Source: Planctomycetota bacterium (GTDB lineage Bacteria; Planctomycetota; SZUA-567; H5-PLA8). Taken from it: a stretch of 64,000 bases of DNA. Where the stretch lies: contig JBBRPR010000017.1 in NCBI GenBank assembly GCA_038227875.1, positions 32,001-96,000 of the forward strand. The letters run 5' to 3'. The stretch's first letter is position 1, and every line of letters starts with the position of its first letter. Below are positions 7,748 through 16,057 of the stretch, in pieces. The position numbers and the translations under genes were made by a program. The notes below the pieces were generated by a model. That model searched no databases. It saw only the letters and a program-made list of their open reading frames with translations, and had not been told where the DNA came from.

Positions 7748-10552
7748 ATGCCTTTGACGGGCCCGATTCCTCGCTTCGTTTCGAAATCGCCGCAGCGCAT
7801 GCTGCTCGTGCTGGTTCACGTCGTTCTCGCATGCGCTTGCGCGAGCTTGGCGCGGGCTTCCGATGCTGAAATTCCAGTTACGACCGCCGGCGAAGGCGTG
7901 CCGATCGTCCAACCCGTACCTGAAAATCCACCGTCGAAAACGCCACTCCATTCCAACGATCCACTGCTCTCCATTGTCGATCGTTTACACGAAACGAAAA
8001 AGGACGATGCGGAATCGGCGGACGTCGTGGAACTCGGCGACGGCCCCGATGTGCTGCCAACGCTGACGACGGGCAAGTGGGATGTCGCCAGCGAAGAAGC
8101 GGCTCCGCCGGGCGTCACCCGCGATGCGGAGACCCCCGCGCCGCATCACACCGCGAACGATCCGGAATTCGTGCGCGCGCCTCTGGCCGACGACGGCGAA
8201 CCGGTGGAAGAACCGCACGCAGCGAAGGCCAAAACGTTCTCGCCCGCGCCCAACGATCCTGAAGTTCCCTGGCGCCTGTTGCCGGTGCCTCACGACGAAC
8301 CCGACGAGAGCGTGGCCGAAGCGCCGCACGTGCATGGCGAACGCGCGGCAGTGACGCTCGACCGCCCACGATTCCGCAGCGGAGAGGGACTCGACAGCAA
8401 CGCAGCGGAGATTGTCTCCGAGATGGCCTTGCGCGCGCGACAGAAGGAAGAAGCGGCGAAGGCCGAAGGCTCGCCCGACGCGCCGGTTTCGGCGCTGGAG
8501 CGCGCGCAGCAGGAAGTCGCGGCCGCGGAGAACAAGCCGGCGGCTCCGGTGGCACCGCCCACGGACGGCGAAAAGCCCGGTGCGAAAAAGAAGAACGAAA
8601 AGAATGACAAAAATGGGAAGAAGGGCGAGAAGAAACTCGATCCCGAACAGGAATACAACGAGCTGATCAAAAAGATCGACGAAGACAAACCGCGTCAGGA
8701 AAAGCTGATGGAAGCGGCGCGCAAGGAAGCCGACGAGCGGATGTCCAAGTTCGGCGACTTCCGCAAACGCGACGAACGCGCGGCGATGGTGCTGGACGTG
8801 CTCAGCCGCAAGGCGGAACTCAGCCGCCTCTCCGGCCGGATCATCGACGCGTTTACCAAGCTGCCGGTCTGCGCGCGGGTTCGCCTCACTGACATGACCG
8901 ATCTTTCTGTCGACGCCGTGCTGCCCGAAGGATTCTGGACCACGGGCGAATTCACCGCGCAGCCGCTGACGGGGTTGTCAAAAATTGAAATCACGCGCGG
9001 GCGCTTCCGGCCGACGTACGTCGAACGCGTCGAAACGAAAAAAGCCGTGATCACGCCCTTCGAAAAAGCGGTCGCCTGCCCACCCGGCTACGATTTCGCG
9101 GCGAAGGGCTGGTACCTCGCCGATCTGAATCTGGGCGTGCAATGCCAGCGCCGCGAGAGCCCGGTCTGGCTGGGTGCCAAGCCAGCGCTGGTCGATCTCG
9201 TCCGCATGGCCCAGGCCGAAAATGTGCAGATCGTAGGTGTGCCCGCGCCGTGGGGCGACGGCAACGACGCCAACGATCCGGCGGTGCTGAAAAGCTTCCC
9301 CAACGCCAACGTGCTCCTGTTGCCGGTCTTCCGGGGTCCAGAGCATCCGTTCCACGGCACGGCGATGGGGCTGGGCATGCGCACGAGCAAGGGTCTGCCC
9401 TCGGAACTCAGCGATCCGGAAATTCCGCTGCGTGAAACGTTCGAAGAAATCCGCGCGCGGGGCGGCTTGAGCGTCTATTCGAATCTCGGCGGCACCCGTG
9501 TGGCCAACATCCGCAGCGAAATCTTCCCACTCTTCCCGCGCCTGGAAGCCTCAAACTACTTCGGCACCAACGACGGGTTGGCGCACCTTTACGCGGCCAA
9601 CGAACTGCCCTTCGACACCGTCGCCGGACCGGCGTACGACCTTTTGGAATTCGACGGCTCCGAGCAGGCCGAGCGCCTCTGGTACAATCTGCTCGATCAT
9701 GGGTATTCAGTCTCCATCATTGGGGCGGGCGGGGGGAGCATCCAGGGCGGACGGATTCCGTTTGGTCAGACTCTGATCAAGCTGCCCTCCAAGCCGACCA
9801 TTCCGAACGTGCTCGACGCGATCAAGGCGGGGCGCACGGTGGTCTCGTTTGGGCCGGCGGTCTTCTGCAAAATTGCCGAACGCGACATGGGACCCGGCTC
9901 GATTCTGCCCGCCGACGGCCGCGCGCTGACGCTTCAAGTGCAGGCCTTCGCGTCGCTCGCGCGCGACATGCAGCTCGACAAGATCGAAGTCATCCGCAAC
10001 GGCGTCATCGTCCACACGCACTCGGCCAACGATGGCGAAACGGAAATCCACCAGATGTCTCTGCCCGTCCGCGAAACGTCGTCGGCATGGTACGTCGTGC
10101 GGGTCACGGAGCGGACGACCAAGCGCGAACCCGACCAGAAAGTCACGACCGCTTGGACCAGCCCGATCTTCTTCCGCGGCGCCGCCTACTCGCCGCCCGC
10201 GCCGGCGCGTTCGAAGATCTCCGGCGTGCTGCGCATTGGCCAGACTCCGGTTGCCGGAACCGTGAAGGCGGTGGTGCCGGGCCAGCCCGACAAAACTGTC
10301 GCGACGGACGCCAACGGCCGCTTCACCATCGAACTGGCTTCGGCCGGCACGCTGATTTTCGAAGCACCGCACGCCGAGCCCCTGGCCAAGCGTGTTTTCG
10401 AGCACCCGAAAGTTCAACGCGCCATCGGCGCGCTGCAGAGCGACCGAGACGGCAAGCTCAGCGCCCAATTCGCGCGTCCGGCTCTGTTCGGTGCGTGGAG
10501 TTTGCTGCTCTCGGAGCTCGATTGGGACGTGTCGTTGCAGCCGAAAGACTGA
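7748..10552 (+). CDS. Large exported protein with low-complexity N-terminus and degenerate CehA/McbA-like (PHP-fold) C-terminal region
   Basis: Signal-like segment (start may be ATG 7799); LWYNLLDHG, IEVIRNG, WYVVRV and AWTSPIFF motifs resemble CehA/McbA-family proteins. Confidence 0.6.
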   Translation: MPLTGPIPRFVSKSPQRMLLVLVHVVLACACASLARASDAEIPVTTAGEGVPIVQPVPENPPSKTPLHSNDPLLSIVDRLHETKKDDAESADVVELGDGPDVLPTLTTGKWDVASEEAAPPGVTRDAETPAPHHTANDPEFVRAPLADDGEPVEEPHAAKAKTFSPAPNDPEVPWRLLPVPHDEPDESVAEAPHVHGERAAVTLDRPRFRSGEGLDSNAAEIVSEMALRARQKEEAAKAEGSPDAPVSALERAQQEVAAAENKPAAPVAPPTDGEKPGAKKKNEKNDKNGKKGEKKLDPEQEYNELIKKIDEDKPRQEKLMEAARKEADERMSKFGDFRKRDERAAMVLDVLSRKAELSRLSGRIIDAFTKLPVCARVRLTDMTDLSVDAVLPEGFWTTGEFTAQPLTGLSKIEITRGRFRPTYVERVETKKAVITPFEKAVACPPGYDFAAKGWYLADLNLGVQCQRRESPVWLGAKPALVDLVRMAQAENVQIVGVPAPWGDGNDANDPAVLKSFPNANVLLLPVFRGPEHPFHGTAMGLGMRTSKGLPSELSDPEIPLRETFEEIRARGGLSVYSNLGGTRVANIRSEIFPLFPRLEASNYFGTNDGLAHLYAANELPFDTVAGPAYDLLEFDGSEQAERLWYNLLDHGYSVSIIGAGGGSIQGGRIPFGQTLIKLPSKPTIPNVLDAIKAGRTVVSFGPAVFCKIAERDMGPGSILPADGRALTLQVQAFASLARDMQLDKIEVIRNGVIVHTHSANDGETEIHQMSLPVRETSSAWYVVRVTERTTKREPDQKVTTAWTSPIFFRGAAYSPPAPARSKISGVLRIGQTPVAGTVKAVVPGQPDKTVATDANGRFTIELASAGTLIFEAPHAEPLAKRVFEHPKVQRAIGALQSDRDGKLSAQFARPALFGAWSLLLSELDWDVSLQPKD

Positions 10553-10573
10553 GAAGGGCAATTCAAAATTAAA

Positions 10574-10898
10574 AATTCAAAATTCAAAAACGCACGCGCT
10601 GGGAAACAGTTCGTGGGCTGAGTATCGTTCCACAGGTACTACACCACTATTAGTTGTGCTTCAGGCCAATTGGCCTGAAGGTTTAGGCCGTATTCGTTAC
10701 CGGTCAAATTTGACCGCTGGTTAATTTCCAACATGGGGAAAATTTTTCCTATGCTGTCCGACCTTGTCGACCATGGTCGACAGGGTTGCCTCGCGTCGTA
10801 CAGGCGACACGGCACGGATGAGCGAAGTCTTCGCTACGCTCAGACTTTTGCACATCCATGGCATAGTGTCTTCCGCGTGCGTTTTTGAATTTTGAATT
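10574..10898. repeat. Intergenic element bounded by a perfect 25-bp inverted repeat and containing several palindromes
   Basis: AATTCAAAATTCAAAAACGCACGCG (10574-10598) is the exact reverse complement of 10874-10898. Confidence 0.85.
10813..10863. repeat. REP-like hairpin unit (copy 1)
   Basis: CACGGATGAGCG...TTCGCTACGCTCAG...GCACATCCATGGCA, homologous to the two units at 30289-30437. Confidence 0.85.
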
Positions 10899-10902
10899 GC
10901 TT

Positions 10903-11493
10903 TCACGCCATTTCGTCGATAAACGGCTCGACCTGCTTGCGCCAGACCGCGTAGCCCGCGGGTGAGAGATGCAGCAGGTCTTCGGCGAAAAATTCATCTC
11001 GCGGGATGCCCTGCGCGTCCAGCATCGCTTCGAAAATGCTGATGTAGCGCGCGTTGGGCCAGTTCTTGAGCTCGGCCTGAACCATCGCGTTGACCTGTTC
11101 GATTTCCTTCCGCAGATGCGCGCGGTTCTTGCTCGGCTTGATCGACATGAACGCCACCGGCCGTCCCGGAAATGCGCGGGTGAAACGCGCCATGAAATCG
11201 CGGTAGGACGTGATTACGTCGTTGACCGACCGGCCGAGGCCGAGATCGTTGTCGCCGGCGTAGAGCACCACGGCGCGCGGCGCGTAGCGCAGGACCAGCC
11301 GGTCCATCAGTTCGACGCATTCGTTAAGCATTGAGCCGCCGAAGGCTCGGTTGATGATCGGCACGCCCGGAAAATCACGGTGGAGCGTCGTCCACATGCG
11401 GATTGACGAACTGCCGTAGAAGAGAATGGGGTGGGTGGGCGGTGGATCCTTGCGGTCTTCTTCGTCGTAGGCCTTCACTTCATTGTCGTACAT
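10903..11493 (-). CDS. SGNH/GDSL-family hydrolase
   Basis: FYGSSSIRMW, NRAFGGS, YAGDND and DLLHL blocks. Confidence 0.92.
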   Translation of the reverse strand: MYDNEVKAYDEEDRKDPPPTHPILFYGSSSIRMWTTLHRDFPGVPIINRAFGGSMLNECVELMDRLVLRYAPRAVVLYAGDNDLGLGRSVNDVITSYRDFMARFTRAFPGRPVAFMSIKPSKNRAHLRKEIEQVNAMVQAELKNWPNARYISIFEAMLDAQGIPRDEFFAEDLLHLSPAGYAVWRKQVEPFIDEMA

Positions 11494-11571
11494 GTTTGGC
11501 GCGAAACTCCTGAACGGGTGAATGCCACCACGTTACGGCGGAGCGAAGAAACGTCGAGCGCAGGCGCGGAT

Positions 11572-12240
11572 TCAAGAAATTGGCGCGGTGGCCGGGCCGT
11601 CCTGCGTGCGCAGCACGCGCTCGAGCACGGCTACCATTACGACACCCACAGGAAAGCACGCCAGTGTCATGCGGTGCAGCATCAGATAAGGCCGCTCGGG
11701 GTCGTCGACATAGCCGATGTCCAGCATCACTTTTCTGAACCAGTAAAACGGAACGTTGAAACAGATTCCATCCATGAGAATCACCGCCACACAAGCTCCA
11801 GCCGCGACGAGTCCCACCAACCGCGTGCCATACGCGAACGCAAAGAGCAGCTTTCGCAGGCGCTGAGTGTGCCCGCTGCGTTGCGCTGCGAGACAGCCGA
11901 CGACCAACCCAATCGCCTGGCACGCGGAAAACACAATCCCAACGAGAGGAAACCAGGAATCCAGCAGCGGCTTGAGAATCGCGAGCAGCAAGCCAAAATA
12001 GAGTCCCGCGAAGATCAGGTCCTCCAGCCGCAGATGCCAGAAGCCGCGCAGGTCGCTGGGCTCGCGTCGGTAACAACGTACCAGCGCGAGCGCGGAGATC
12101 AGTGTCAGTGGCGGCCAGATCCACCAGATGGGTGGAGCAATAGCCTGAGCCACGATGCTGAGCACAAGCAGTGTCAGTGTTCCGCCGGAACTCATGAACA
12201 ACAGTGCCGTCCAGATATTTTTCTGCCAGCGGACAGGCAT
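11572..12240 (-). CDS. Hypothetical integral membrane protein
   Basis: About six hydrophobic segments; ATG 2 nt after the stop of the upstream sigma gene. Confidence 0.65.
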   Translation of the reverse strand: MPVRWQKNIWTALLFMSSGGTLTLLVLSIVAQAIAPPIWWIWPPLTLISALALVRCYRREPSDLRGFWHLRLEDLIFAGLYFGLLLAILKPLLDSWFPLVGIVFSACQAIGLVVGCLAAQRSGHTQRLRKLLFAFAYGTRLVGLVAAGACVAVILMDGICFNVPFYWFRKVMLDIGYVDDPERPYLMLHRMTLACFPVGVVMVAVLERVLRTQDGPATAPIS

Positions 12241-12242
12241 GA

Positions 12243-14213
12243 TCAGAATTCGTCCTTCTGGGGTTTCACGTCCGCGTTGTCCTGCGCCTTGGGAGCGTGC
12301 AGGTAGCGGATCATGCCGGCCGCCATTTCCTGGGTAAACGGATTGGAACTGGTGCTCCGTTTGGTCCAGCGCTCCTCCGCCATTTTCAAGGCCTCGGGTG
12401 CGGGTTGTTGTTCAGAGAGCAGTTTCGCCTGATCTTCGTCGAGCAGCGTGTCGTCCACTGTAAACCGCACGCCCAGGACCAGGTCACTTCCCGCCATTTT
12501 GCGAATGGCGTCGGGCATGGTTTCGGGCAAATCCAATTTGTAACCCAGCTTCGCCGTGACGATGCGTTTGTGATGGATCACGACGCCGCGTTCCACGTCG
12601 ACACTCACTTCCTCATCGCTCTGCCCGGTCAGCGATTTTGGCGCCAGCGTCAGCATCGTGGCTCCGATGTTCACGGATTCCTCAGGCAAAAGTTCGGGAT
12701 TCAGCGTGATGGGCGTCGGCCGCGATTTTAAAGTTGCGATCAGCCGGCCTTTCACGATCTCCAGATTTTCCAGCGTGTACTGAATGGGAAAATGGTATTT
12801 CTGCTGCAGCGATACGTCTGTTTGCCACGAATCGTTCACTGCGCGGGGCATGCCGCCGGTTGAACTGAACGGTGCCAGGCCGATATCGTTGAGCAGCAGA
12901 AAGCCGAGACCCACCTGGCCGAGCGTGAGCGTCGCGTTATCGAGTCCGGGAGACAAGACTTTGAATTGATGCGTGTCCGCGTCTTTCGTCGAGGCTACGC
13001 GGGTTGAACCGTCCGGGCGCCAGGTAATCCGGCATCCTGGCATCTTCGATTGGTCGTCGATCGAGTACGCGAAGAGATTCATCGGCGCGCGCGGCGCTTT
13101 GTCGACTTGGACGTTGTAATGGTTTGCGTTAAAGGCCTTGATACACGCGAATTTGAACGTCAGCTCGCCCTTGACCTTCGGCATCTCAGCCGGCGCTGCC
13201 GTGGTCACTTCATAAATCTGGCAGTCCGACATGTCGGGGATCAGGCCATCGATCACCGCCATAATTGGCGGCCGATCCGTGGTCGTTGTCTCTGTCAGGC
13301 GCTCATAGAGCAGCCGCCCTTTCAAAACCTGCGGACCAAAGCTGACGGTTTTCGGAATGACGAGCGGCAACGGTGCCGGCGCGGCCCCATTCGGCCCGTC
13401 CTTGTCTCCGTGCGTGACCGGAGCGCTTTCACCCGCGGCCAACTTCATCGTGACAGGCACTCCAATCAGTGCTGAAATGAGAAGTACGGCTGCGACGACT
13501 TTGATTTTCATCCAGAACAAGGCCTTCATCGTTCCCTCCGCAAGAGTTTTTGCACCCAACGTCGCTGTCGCGCCCGCCGTTCCGAGGCAGGCCGCGTGGA
13601 GGGAGGCGACAAAGTGCGGCGGCGCCGCGTGCGTGGCGTGATGTTCCAGCGCCAGTGCCAGAATCGCCGCCGGAACGGACGTTCCGGTCCCGGCGAAGCG
13701 CTGACGCAAGCGGTTGATCGCGCGCGACACGCGCGCCGAAAGAGTTCCGACCGGGCAGCCGAGCTCCTTGGCCGCTTCCGGTTCGGTCTTGCCCGCAAGG
13801 TAGCGCAGCACCACCGCGTCCCGCTCGGCTGATGGCAGAGCGTTAAGCAAGGTGTCGAGCTGCGGCTTCAACGTCTGCCAGACTTCGCTTTCGCCAGCCG
13901 CCTCTTGAATTTTCGCCCGCATCGCTGCTGCCTCCTGCTCATGCCTGGTACGCGTCCGACGCTCCCGGTTGGCGCGTTGCGCCACGTACACAGCCGTCCG
14001 GTAAAACCACGCGGAAAGCGGGGTATCCGGCCGGAGCGACGCGGCTTTCTGCGTGAAGACCAGGAACACGGCTTGTCCCGCGTCGTCGGCCAGATGCGGA
14101 TCGCCGACGATGCGCAGGCACGTGGCGTAGACCAGATCCGCGTGGCGCTGGATGATCTCCTGCAGCGCCTGCGGATCACGGTTCTTCGCATACTGTGCCA
14201 GCAGACTCGACAT
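12243..14213 (-). CDS. ECF sigma-70 factor with TM segment and long C-terminal extension
   Basis: Sigma2 (LADDAGQAVFLVF...LSAWFY) and sigma4 (RDAVVLRYLAGKTEPEAAKELGCPVGTLSARVSRA); hydrophobic KVVAAVLLISALIG; alternative start 14285. Confidence 0.88.
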   Translation of the reverse strand: MSSLLAQYAKNRDPQALQEIIQRHADLVYATCLRIVGDPHLADDAGQAVFLVFTQKAASLRPDTPLSAWFYRTAVYVAQRANRERRTRTRHEQEAAAMRAKIQEAAGESEVWQTLKPQLDTLLNALPSAERDAVVLRYLAGKTEPEAAKELGCPVGTLSARVSRAINRLRQRFAGTGTSVPAAILALALEHHATHAAPPHFVASLHAACLGTAGATATLGAKTLAEGTMKALFWMKIKVVAAVLLISALIGVPVTMKLAAGESAPVTHGDKDGPNGAAPAPLPLVIPKTVSFGPQVLKGRLLYERLTETTTTDRPPIMAVIDGLIPDMSDCQIYEVTTAAPAEMPKVKGELTFKFACIKAFNANHYNVQVDKAPRAPMNLFAYSIDDQSKMPGCRITWRPDGSTRVASTKDADTHQFKVLSPGLDNATLTLGQVGLGFLLLNDIGLAPFSSTGGMPRAVNDSWQTDVSLQQKYHFPIQYTLENLEIVKGRLIATLKSRPTPITLNPELLPEESVNIGATMLTLAPKSLTGQSDEEVSVDVERGVVIHHKRIVTAKLGYKLDLPETMPDAIRKMAGSDLVLGVRFTVDDTLLDEDQAKLLSEQQPAPEALKMAEERWTKRSTSSNPFTQEMAAGMIRYLHAPKAQDNADVKPQKDEF

Positions 14214-14401
14214 GTACGGCTCCCGACGCGAACTGACACGATTGGGCGGTTGAGCAGTTGTTGCGAGCACGTTGATCGCCTCCATCCTACCCTCATATCC
14301 CTGCTCGCGGCAGCACCCCTGCGGGAAAAGCGCGGAAAAATGAAAAAGCACGGATTTGATCCGTGCTAAGCGAAGGGCCATAAGTGGTGAATCTGCGGGC
14401 G

Positions 14402-15721
14402 TTACCAGATGATCGGAATGGCGCCACCGTCGTCGACGGAGTAATTCCAGCGTTTCAAATACGTTTCCGCTGGCTGGAAGTCATCGTTGAAGCGCGCCAA
14501 TTCCTGCTTCAATCGCGCGTCCAATTGAGCTTGAAGCGCGGCGCAATCCGGGCGGCCGATGAGATTCGTGAGTTGGTACGGATCGCGTTCGTTGTCGTAG
14601 AGCAGCCAGGGACCGTCCAAATTTCGTGCGTACGTATGCCGGTGCGTGCGCAGTGTCCGCCACGGCAAGCCACGGTACTCGGCAAACGGAGCGATTGCTG
14701 CGGCGAGCGTGGCGTCAGGACCCACAAAGTCGCGGTTCAACACCGCGGCGGAAAGATCCAGACCGTCCACCGTCGACGGCACGGGTACGCCCAGCAGAGA
14801 CAGCAGCGTGGGCATCAGGTCCCAGACATTCAAGAGCGTGTTGACTCGGCTTCCCTTGGTGAATTGCTTCGGTGCACGGATCACAAATGGAACGTTGATG
14901 CTCTCTTCCCACGGATGTTGTTTGCGTTGAACGCCGTGACTGCGCAGCATGTCGCCGTGATCGCTGGTAAAAACAAAAATTGTCTTCTCCAGCTGACCGT
15001 TCTCAGTCAGTCCGCGCACCAGGCGGCCAATCTGTTCGTCCAGCGCTGTGACATGAGCGTAGTAGCCGCGCAACTCGTCCCGGTTGGGATTCGGGCAATT
15101 GGGTCGCACCGGCACGTCGGGCGGGTACAGGTCGAGAAATTCCTTGGGCACCTGATCGTAGGGATTGTGTGGCGGACCCCAGGACAGAAACAGCGCAAAA
15201 GGATCCGCGCCGCTTCGCTTTAAAAAGTCCAGAGCAACATCGGTCTGCGCGCGCGCGTCGTAGCCGTTCCAATGTTTCTTTTCAGTGGAGTCGCCGGAAT
15301 AGTAATGCGACTGCATGTAATTGTGATCGCAGTTGGCGACGGCCCAGAAATCGAATCCCTGGCGCCGCGGTCCGGGCGGCGTATAGGCCGAACGTTCATT
15401 GCCATCCAAATGCCATTTGCCAATGTAGCCGGTGCGGTATCCCGCTTCTTTCAATACGGTGCCGAATGTGGGGCGATCTGTTGGCAGGCGCAAATCGTTG
15501 ATGAACAACCCGTGCCGCAGCGGGTATTGGCCAGTCAGCATGCTCGCACGCCAGGGCGTGCAGACCGGCATGCCCGAAATGCAGTTCACGAATTCCAGTC
15601 CTTCGGCCGCGAGCTTGTCCAAGTTCGGTGAAATCACCGCGCGATTGCCGGAGTATCCCGTGGCTTCCGCGCGCATTTGATCGGCAAAAACAAAGACCAG
15701 ATTGTATTCGGGTCGACTCAT
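14402..15721 (-). CDS. Formylglycine-dependent sulfatase
   Basis: FADQMR, CTPWRASMLTG (CxPxR), GYIGKWHL, PPHNP, FTSDHGD. Confidence 0.95.
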   Translation of the reverse strand: MSRPEYNLVFVFADQMRAEATGYSGNRAVISPNLDKLAAEGLEFVNCISGMPVCTPWRASMLTGQYPLRHGLFINDLRLPTDRPTFGTVLKEAGYRTGYIGKWHLDGNERSAYTPPGPRRQGFDFWAVANCDHNYMQSHYYSGDSTEKKHWNGYDARAQTDVALDFLKRSGADPFALFLSWGPPHNPYDQVPKEFLDLYPPDVPVRPNCPNPNRDELRGYYAHVTALDEQIGRLVRGLTENGQLEKTIFVFTSDHGDMLRSHGVQRKQHPWEESINVPFVIRAPKQFTKGSRVNTLLNVWDLMPTLLSLLGVPVPSTVDGLDLSAAVLNRDFVGPDATLAAAIAPFAEYRGLPWRTLRTHRHTYARNLDGPWLLYDNERDPYQLTNLIGRPDCAALQAQLDARLKQELARFNDDFQPAETYLKRWNYSVDDGGAIPIIW

Positions 15722-15823
15722 CGTGGGCACCTTTCAACAGTAAACGGCAGTCACGCTCTAATCACTCCACGCGTTGCGCGCAAGTCGCAGTTCCGCGTTC
15801 TTAAAGAACGTTTCACGGAAAAT

Positions 15824-15852
15824 TTGACAGTTTGCTGTTCGTGAGGTTGAAT
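15824..15852 (+). promoter_or_regulatory. Sigma70-type promoter of the tyrS leader
   Basis: TTGACA (15824-15829), 17-nt spacer, TTGAAT (15847-15852). Confidence 0.6.
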
Positions 15853-15876
15853 GCCCTGGTCCGAATGGAGATCAAC

Positions 15877-15930
15877 ATGCTACGCGCGTTTTACGGCTAC
15901 GGATATCGATTCAACTCCCCCGTGGCGTAG
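15877..15930 (+). CDS. Putative Tyr-rich leader peptide MLRAFYGYGYRFNSPVA
   Basis: GGAG at 15867-15870; ATG...TTT TAC GGC TAC GGA TAT CGA TTC...TAG; lies upstream of tyrS and of attenuator helices. Confidence 0.75.
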   Translation: MLRAFYGYGYRFNSPVA

Positions 15931-15953
15931 CGCGACTGTTTTGAATTTAGGCG

Positions 15954-16039
15954 AGCCATGGGTATGATCATCCCATGGCTTTTTTGTTGGCGTAAATAAA
16001 GGGGCCATGGGATGCGCGGAAGCGTCTCATGGCCTTTTT
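15954..16039 (+). terminator. Tandem intrinsic terminators / attenuator upstream of tyrS
   Basis: AGCCATGGG/CCCATGGCT plus T-run (15954-15985) and GGCCATGGGATGC/GCGTCTCATGGCC plus T-run (16003-16039); 15970-15979 is also complementary to 16004-16013. Confidence 0.8.
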
Positions 16040-16057
16040 AATTGAACGGAGGATGCA

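Noticed and set aside
10600..10800. CRISPR array or integron attC sites
   Set aside because: The palindromes differ from one another (no direct repeat), there are no cas or integrase genes, and no attC R-box pattern was seen
15730..16057. T-box riboswitch upstream of tyrS
   Set aside because: No T-box consensus (GGTGGNACCGCG) and no room for stem I between the predicted promoter and terminators; the leader-peptide model fits better
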